DNA of 64,000 nucleotides from Rhodocyclaceae bacterium. Lineage in GTDB: Bacteria; Pseudomonadota; Gammaproteobacteria; Burkholderiales; Rhodocyclaceae. Positions 59,395 through 64,000 of this stretch are shown here, one piece after another. Within the stretch, counting starts at the first letter, position 1. Every line of letters starts with the position of its first letter. The notes below the pieces were generated by a model. It was not told the DNA's origin. It searched no databases and was given only the letters and a program-made list of their open reading frames with translations. The position numbers were made by a program, and so were the translations under genes. Location: positions 36,191 through 100,190 of the forward strand of contig JAEUNM010000099.1 in the NCBI GenBank assembly GCA_016791105.1. Direction: 5' to 3'.

Positions 59395-59969
59395 AACTTG
59401 CCGTCGAATGGCGCCACCTGCGCGCGAGCTTGCTGTCCGCCGCGGCTTTGCTACTGGCCGGCGCTGCGGCGCTGGGCTACGCCTGGCACACCAGAACAGC
59501 CGCCCGCGCGCAATTGCAGCAGGCGCAAAACGCCCTCGTCGCGGCGCGCCAGTCGCTCACGCGCACAGAGGACGAAGCGCAACTGCTCAAGCAGCGCATC
59601 ACGCAATTTCAGGCGCTTGAAGCGCGCCATCTGGTCGGACCGGAACGGCGCGTGGAGTGGGTGGAATTGTTGCGCACCGTGGCCGCCGCCCGCCACCTCG
59701 ATGAGCTGCAATTCGAACTGGGCCCGCCCCGCCCCATCGATGCGGAGTGGGTAAATCCGGACGCCGGCCAGTTGCAGGTCACCGTGAGCAGCATGCGGCT
59801 CGATTTCCCGCTCGACCACGAAATGCTCATGTTCGACCTGCTGCAGGAACTTGCCGCGCGCGCGCCGGCGCTGCTGCGCACGAAAAGTTGTCAGTTGCGC
59901 CGCGATGCCGACGGCCTGCGCGGCGACTGCCGCGTCGACTGGATAAGCTGGCAGGAACGCCATGGCTAA
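59391..59969 (+). CDS. Hypothetical bitopic coiled-coil protein (PilO/MshJ-like)
   Basis: 192 aa with N-terminal TM, then a coiled-coil (AQLQQAQNALVAARQSLTRTEDEAQLLKQRI). ATGA overlap with the upstream stop. Corresponds to the 3-prime part of ORF 58263..59969. Confidence 0.5.
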   Translation: MKLAVEWRHLRASLLSAAALLLAGAAALGYAWHTRTAARAQLQQAQNALVAARQSLTRTEDEAQLLKQRITQFQALEARHLVGPERRVEWVELLRTVAAARHLDELQFELGPPRPIDAEWVNPDAGQLQVTVSSMRLDFPLDHEMLMFDLLQELAARAPALLRTKSCQLRRDADGLRGDCRVDWISWQERHG

Positions 59970-60336
59970 GCGCCACCACCACGCCGCCGCCGCGGCGGTG
60001 CTTTTCCTGCTGTGTGCAAACGCCGGCGGCGAAGAAATCGGCCGCCTGTTCTACACGCCGGCCGAGCGTGCGGAGCGCGACGAATTGCGCCTGCATCCAC
60101 GCCCGCAGCCGGAGGCGGAATCACCGCCGCCGGTAATCAATGGCGTGGTACGCCGCGCTGCCGCGCAGGACACGGTCTGGCTGGACGGTGTTCCACTGGA
60201 CCGCGCCGCGGCACATTTGCGCGGCATCGTGCTCGGGCGGAACCACGACCAGGTGTTGCTACGGCGCGGCGCCAGGCTCATCGAACTGCCGGTGGGCAGC
60301 GCGCCTGCCGCGCCGCTTGCCAAATCCGATGACTAA
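59962..60336 (+). CDS. Small secreted hypothetical protein (MshK-like position)
   Basis: 124 aa with a signal peptide (AAAAVLFLLCANAGG). 8-nt overlaps on both sides. Confidence 0.4.
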   Translation: MAKRHHHAAAAAVLFLLCANAGGEEIGRLFYTPAERAERDELRLHPRPQPEAESPPPVINGVVRRAAAQDTVWLDGVPLDRAAAHLRGIVLGRNHDQVLLRRGARLIELPVGSAPAAPLAKSDD

Positions 60337-61480
60337 GTTGCCGCCTAAGCCGCCTCCGCAGCGCCAGCGCGGCGCCGCCTTGTTGCTGGCGTTCGCTTTG
60401 GTATTCACGCTGGGCTTGGTGATGTTCGTGTCCAGGCTGCCGCGCCGCACGCCAGATATTGCGACCAGCGCGAAACTGCTCGCCGTCGCGCGCGAAGCCC
60501 TGGTGGCACGCGCGGCGGCAGAGGACAACAGCCCCGGCAGTTTGCCCTGCCCGGATATCGACGGCGACGGCGATGCAGATTTCCAGGCCGGCGGCGCCAA
60601 TCCTTGCCGCGGCGCGCTCGGCACGGTGGCCTACGTCGGTCATTTGCCCTGGAAAACGCTGGGCATACCGCCGCCGCGCGACCCGGCCGGCAATTGCGTC
60701 TGGTACATCCTGGCCGCCCCCTTCCGCAACACCATACGCACCAGCTGGCGCGGCGGCGCAAGCTACCCGGCGCTCAACCCGGCCACGCCGGCCCCGCTGC
60801 GGCTACACCTGGCCGATGGCGTCGAAGTGGAAGCCGTGGCCCTGCTCGCCGCGCCGGGGCCGCCCCAGCCGGGCCAGGCACGCGGCGGAAATGGCTGTGA
60901 TGGTACGGACCCAGCCGCTTACCTGGATAGCGACGCGGCGAGCGGGGCGTCCAATGCCAACGGCGCGCCGGACGGGCTGACCTTCTGGCAATCCGGCACT
61001 CGGCCGGGCATAAACGACGAAATGTTGGCCATCACCCGCGCCGACCTGTTCCGCATCGTAAACCGTCGGGTCCTCAATGAAATCGCCGGCAATGCCGCCG
61101 CCGGCTTTGGCCTCGCCGGCTATTACCGCAGCCACGGCTACTATCCCTATGCCGCGGCGGCGTCTAACGGCAACCCCTCGCCGCTGCAACTGGGCCCTTC
61201 GGCCCTGCCCTACAACGTGCTGGCCTGGCGCCCGCATGGGGCGCAGGAGGCGGTCGAGCCCGCGCTCTGGCTCAGCCGCAACGGCTGGCTGGACCTCGCG
61301 CGCTACCAGCTCGCGAGCGGCTACGCACCGGGCAGCGCCTATCCGCAAGATTGTTCCACCTGCATCGCCAGCGGCACCGGTAGCGCCCAGGCGCTGCTGC
61401 AACTGCCGCTCGACTCGGCTGTGTCGACGCTGGCCCTGTGCGTCCCCAACCCTGCACTGGCGAGTTGCGGCAGACCATGA
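60329..61480 (+). CDS. Hypothetical GspK/PilX-like minor filament component with DxDxDG loop
   Basis: N-terminus QRQRGAALLLAFALVFTLGLVMF resembles GspK/PilX-type anchors. Contains LPCPDIDGDGDADF. Corresponds to the 3-prime part of ORF 60140..61480. Confidence 0.5.
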   Translation: MTKLPPKPPPQRQRGAALLLAFALVFTLGLVMFVSRLPRRTPDIATSAKLLAVAREALVARAAAEDNSPGSLPCPDIDGDGDADFQAGGANPCRGALGTVAYVGHLPWKTLGIPPPRDPAGNCVWYILAAPFRNTIRTSWRGGASYPALNPATPAPLRLHLADGVEVEAVALLAAPGPPQPGQARGGNGCDGTDPAAYLDSDAASGASNANGAPDGLTFWQSGTRPGINDEMLAITRADLFRIVNRRVLNEIAGNAAAGFGLAGYYRSHGYYPYAAAASNGNPSPLQLGPSALPYNVLAWRPHGAQEAVEPALWLSRNGWLDLARYQLASGYAPGSAYPQDCSTCIASGTGSAQALLQLPLDSAVSTLALCVPNPALASCGRP

Positions 61481-62208
61481 AGCGCATGCCTCACAGTGCC
61501 CGGCGCAGTTGCGGCTTCACGCTGGTGGAAGCCGCCATCGTTCTGGTGCTGGTCGGCCTGTTGATCGGCGGACTGGCCATTCCCCTGTCCGCGCGCCTCG
61601 AACAACGGCAATACGAACAGACGCGGCAAACCCTGGCCGACATACGCGAAGCTCTGCTCGGTTTCGCCGCGGCGCGCGGCTACCTGCCCTGCCCGGCAAA
61701 AAGCGCCAGCGACGCTGAAGAAGACCGCGCGCCGGGCGGCGCCTGCAACCGCCAGTCCGGCCTGCTGCCCTGGCGCACGCTGGGTACCGCAGACGCCGAC
61801 GACTGGGGCCGGCAGTTCCATTACCGCGTGTCGGCGGCGTTTTCCGATGCGGCCAACCGTCCCACGCTATTCACGCACGCCGACCTGCACGTACGCGCGC
61901 GCGACGGCGCCGGCGCGGCGCAGGAACTGGCGAGCCCGGACGGCCTGCCGCCCGTGGTGGTGCTGTCGCACGGTCCGAACGGCCACTGGGCGACCGGCAA
62001 GAATGGCGTGGCACAAGCCGAAGGCCCGGCCACCAGCGTGGACGAGCGGCAGAACGCCAATCCCGGCAGTGACGACCGCATCGTGTACGCGCGCCCACCC
62101 TCGCGCAATGACGACGCCGCCCGCGGCGGCGCATTCGACGACGAAGTGCTGTGGATTTCGCCTTACGTGCTGTTGGCGCGTCTCATTCAGGGCGGACGCC
62201 TGCCATGA
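61477..62208 (+). CDS. Prepilin-type minor pilin (243 aa)
   Basis: Leader MKRMPHSARRSCG followed by FTLVEAAIVLVLVGLLIGG (class III signal, Glu+5). ATGA overlap with the upstream stop. Confidence 0.8.
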   Translation: MKRMPHSARRSCGFTLVEAAIVLVLVGLLIGGLAIPLSARLEQRQYEQTRQTLADIREALLGFAAARGYLPCPAKSASDAEEDRAPGGACNRQSGLLPWRTLGTADADDWGRQFHYRVSAAFSDAANRPTLFTHADLHVRARDGAGAAQELASPDGLPPVVVLSHGPNGHWATGKNGVAQAEGPATSVDERQNANPGSDDRIVYARPPSRNDDAARGGAFDDEVLWISPYVLLARLIQGGRLP

Positions 62209-62323
62209 GCCGGCCCGCCCGCCCACCGCCCTGACGCAGCAGGACACCTTCGCCCGTCCGCACACGCGGCCCAACGCCATGCGCCCGAATGACTGTCTCC
62301 GAATTCCCTCAGGAGTACCCAAA

Positions 62324-63013
62324 ATGAATCGACAAAAAGGTTTCACCCTGGTTGAAATTGCCATCGTGCTGGTTGTGATCGGCCTCTTGATTGCCGGCGT
62401 ATTGAAAGGCCAGGAGCTTATCCATAGCGCCAAAGCCAAGAACATGGCTACGGAACTGAAAAGCATTGCCGCAATGGTTTATTCCTATCAGGACAAGTAC
62501 AAGGCACTGCCCGGCGACCAGAACCAGACCATGTTGAACGATGCCTTCGGTGCGCCCGGTGGTACCCCCGTCGCCACCGCGTGTAGCGGCACGAGCGGCT
62601 GCACGCCGGGCAACGGACGCATAGACGGCGACTGGAATGCCACCGCGAATAGTGAAACTTACGTGTTGTGGCAACACCTGCGGCTGGCCGGCATAGCCAC
62701 CGGCAACAGCACCCAGGGTGCAGCAAACTACCCGGCGCGCAATGCCGATAGCGGCTTGCTCGGAATAGAAGGCGGCATCAGTGCGACCGGCACGGCGGCG
62801 CCGTTCATCGCCGGCATGAACGGCCGCTTTTTCGTGTGTTCCGATGCCGTGCTGGGCCGTTATGTGCGCCAGATCGATCTGACCCTGGATGACGGCGACA
62901 GCGCCAACGGCAGCGTGCGCGCCGTGCCCAGCGGTAGCGCGCGCGGCAGCGCCGCGACTGCCACTGCCAACCTGGAGGACGGGCAGCCTTACACGGTCTG
63001 TGCGGCGTTTTGA
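62324..63013 (+). CDS. Prepilin-type major pilin candidate (229 aa)
   Basis: MNRQKG|FTLVEIAIVLVVIGLLIAG, preceded by AGGAG. Four Cys, including a C-terminal pair (FVCS...TVCAAF). Own 115-nt upstream spacer. Confidence 0.88.
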   Translation: MNRQKGFTLVEIAIVLVVIGLLIAGVLKGQELIHSAKAKNMATELKSIAAMVYSYQDKYKALPGDQNQTMLNDAFGAPGGTPVATACSGTSGCTPGNGRIDGDWNATANSETYVLWQHLRLAGIATGNSTQGAANYPARNADSGLLGIEGGISATGTAAPFIAGMNGRFFVCSDAVLGRYVRQIDLTLDDGDSANGSVRAVPSGSARGSAATATANLEDGQPYTVCAAF

Positions 63014-63016
63014 GTT

Positions 63017-63049
63017 GCGTTACAGGGCCGCGCTGCGGCCCTGTAACGC
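63017..63049 (+). terminator. Perfect 15-bp hairpin immediately after the major pilin stop
   Basis: GCGTTACAGGGCCGC-gct-GCGGCCCTGTAACGC. No T-tract follows, so it is either a terminator or an RNA-stability element. Confidence 0.55.
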
Positions 63050-63291
63050 ATCGTGAAGTCCAGTCCGCAATGGCGCCCGGCGCTAAGGTTTAGCCCTTCT
63101 CCCCTTCGGCGCAGACGTCGGCACGCATTTGCTTCAAGTGCGGGTCCGAACTTCCGAGCAGAGTCGCAGGAACCATCACTTCCCCGCACCCATGCCCCAC
63201 TGGCCCGGCAGGGAGCGAATCTTGTTCAGACTCGCGCACGAGCCTTCCGCAGGTTCGCGTATCATGCTCGCCGCGCTCCCTTTCCGCCGTC

Positions 63292-63639
63292 ATGCGACGC
63301 CAAACCCGCCAACTTGTATTAATCGTTTTCTGCGCCCTGAGCTTGATCTTGGCGCAGAACGCGGGGTTTGCGCATTGGCTGCAGCACGCTGGGCAAACCG
63401 TCGGGCCTGCAGGTGTGGCCGGCCCGCCTGGGTCGTCCGGCGAGCACCGCGACGGGCTGCCCGGCGCGTGCCCGCAGTGCGTCGCCATTGCCGGTTTTGC
63501 GGCCGCCCCACCGCCGCAGATTGTCGCGCTGCCGGTTCCACACGGTGACGCCCTGCGCAGCGCAGCGCCGGCCTTCACTTTCATTCCTGCATCGTCGGCG
63601 CCGCCCTACGCGGCGCGCGCACCGCCCGTCCGTCTCTGA
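63292..63639 (+). CDS. DUF2946-like small secreted or membrane protein
   Basis: 115 aa. N-terminal hydrophobic helix, His pair (AHWLQH) and CPQC motif. Family call is tentative. Confidence 0.45.
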   Translation: MRRQTRQLVLIVFCALSLILAQNAGFAHWLQHAGQTVGPAGVAGPPGSSGEHRDGLPGACPQCVAIAGFAAAPPPQIVALPVPHGDALRSAAPAFTFIPASSAPPYAARAPPVRL

Positions 63640-63702
63640 AGCGATTCGTTCCGCCGCCGCATGCCTGCGGCGGACGGCCATGTTGCGACTTCGGAGAGTA
63701 CA

Positions 63703-64000
63703 TTGAAAACCATCAGCCACATCATGCCGGCGCTTGCACTCGCGCTGCCGGCAGCCGCCTGCGCCGCGGATGACGCCGAACTGCGCGCCCTGCGCGAAGA
63801 AATGGCGCGCATACGGGCAAGTTTCGAACAGCGCATCGACATGCTGGAACGCAAGCTCGCCCAGGCCGAAGCGCAGGCGGGCAGCGCGGGTACCCCCGAC
63901 GCTCCGCCGCAAGCCAGCACCGCCGTGCCAAACCCGTCGGCCACCAGCAACGCCTTCAATCCGGACGTATCACTGATCTTGTCGGCCAGCTACGGCGCGA
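63703..64000 (+). CDS. Outer-membrane protein with N-terminal coiled-coil (partial, runs off the window)
   Basis: Frame 1 is open to the window end. TTG at 63703 follows GGAGAG (or ATG at 63724). Signal peptide ...ALALALPAAACA, coiled-coil ELRALREEMARIRASFEQRIDMLERKLAQAE, then NAFNPDVSLILSASYG. Confidence 0.45.
   Translation, partial: MKTISHIMPALALALPAAACAADDAELRALREEMARIRASFEQRIDMLERKLAQAEAQAGSAGTPDAPPQASTAVPNPSATSNAFNPDVSLILSASYGA

Noticed and set aside
62209-62323. Search for a sigma-54 promoter upstream of the major pilin, as in many pilA genes
   Set aside because: No GG-N10-GC element with a TTGC-like -12 box is present in the spacer.
1-64000. Scan for CRISPR arrays, IS elements or transposase genes, integrases, tRNA/rRNA genes and long dispersed repeats
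   Set aside because: No regularly spaced direct repeats, terminal inverted repeats with transposase ORFs, cloverleaf-capable intergenic segments or rRNA-like sequences were seen. The only exact repeat noted is the 17-mer inside cheA.

Overview
High-GC (about 65%) chromosomal segment, most likely from a motile betaproteobacterium. It is almost fully coding and mostly on the minus strand. No rRNA, tRNA, CRISPR array, IS element or prophage was seen. Order of content: (1) 93-13763, a flagellar and chemotaxis supercluster, flhDC | motAB-mcp-cheY-cheA-cheW-mcp-cheR-cheD-cheB, with recognisable sigma-28 promoters and an flhDC terminator. (2) 13977-31900, an HDOD-REC-GGDEF diguanylate cyclase followed by housekeeping genes: Nudix, sensor kinase, HNH, tilS, accA, sspAB, petABC, CoA-transferase, recR-ybaB-dnaX and SRP RNA. 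(3) 31973-47246, an accessory catabolic island. It holds a five-gene tungsten-type aldehyde:ferredoxin oxidoreductase operon (aorABC-like plus a MoaD-like carrier), a cytochrome c550 plus binding-protein operon of the kind that normally accompanies PQQ alcohol dehydrogenases (no dehydrogenase is present), an AcoR-like sigma-54 activator, three candidate sigma-54 promoters (one drives a roughly 375-nt unit with no ORF that ends at a strong intrinsic terminator), an MBL hydrolase, a binding protein, an orphan histidine kinase and a TonB-dependent receptor. (4) 47250-52199, RNase P RNA, pyrC, rsmI, yraN and a signal-peptide-bearing HIRAN protein. (5) 52325-63013, a ten-gene, translationally coupled type IV filament operon (MSHA/T2SS-like) with unusual gene order, an MshEN-type (c-di-GMP-binding-like) ATPase N-terminus and four poorly recognisable components. 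(6) 63292-64000, a DUF2946-like protein and a partial outer-membrane protein. The most interesting candidates are the sigma-54 regulon, including its ORF-less transcription unit, and the atypical pilus-like operon.
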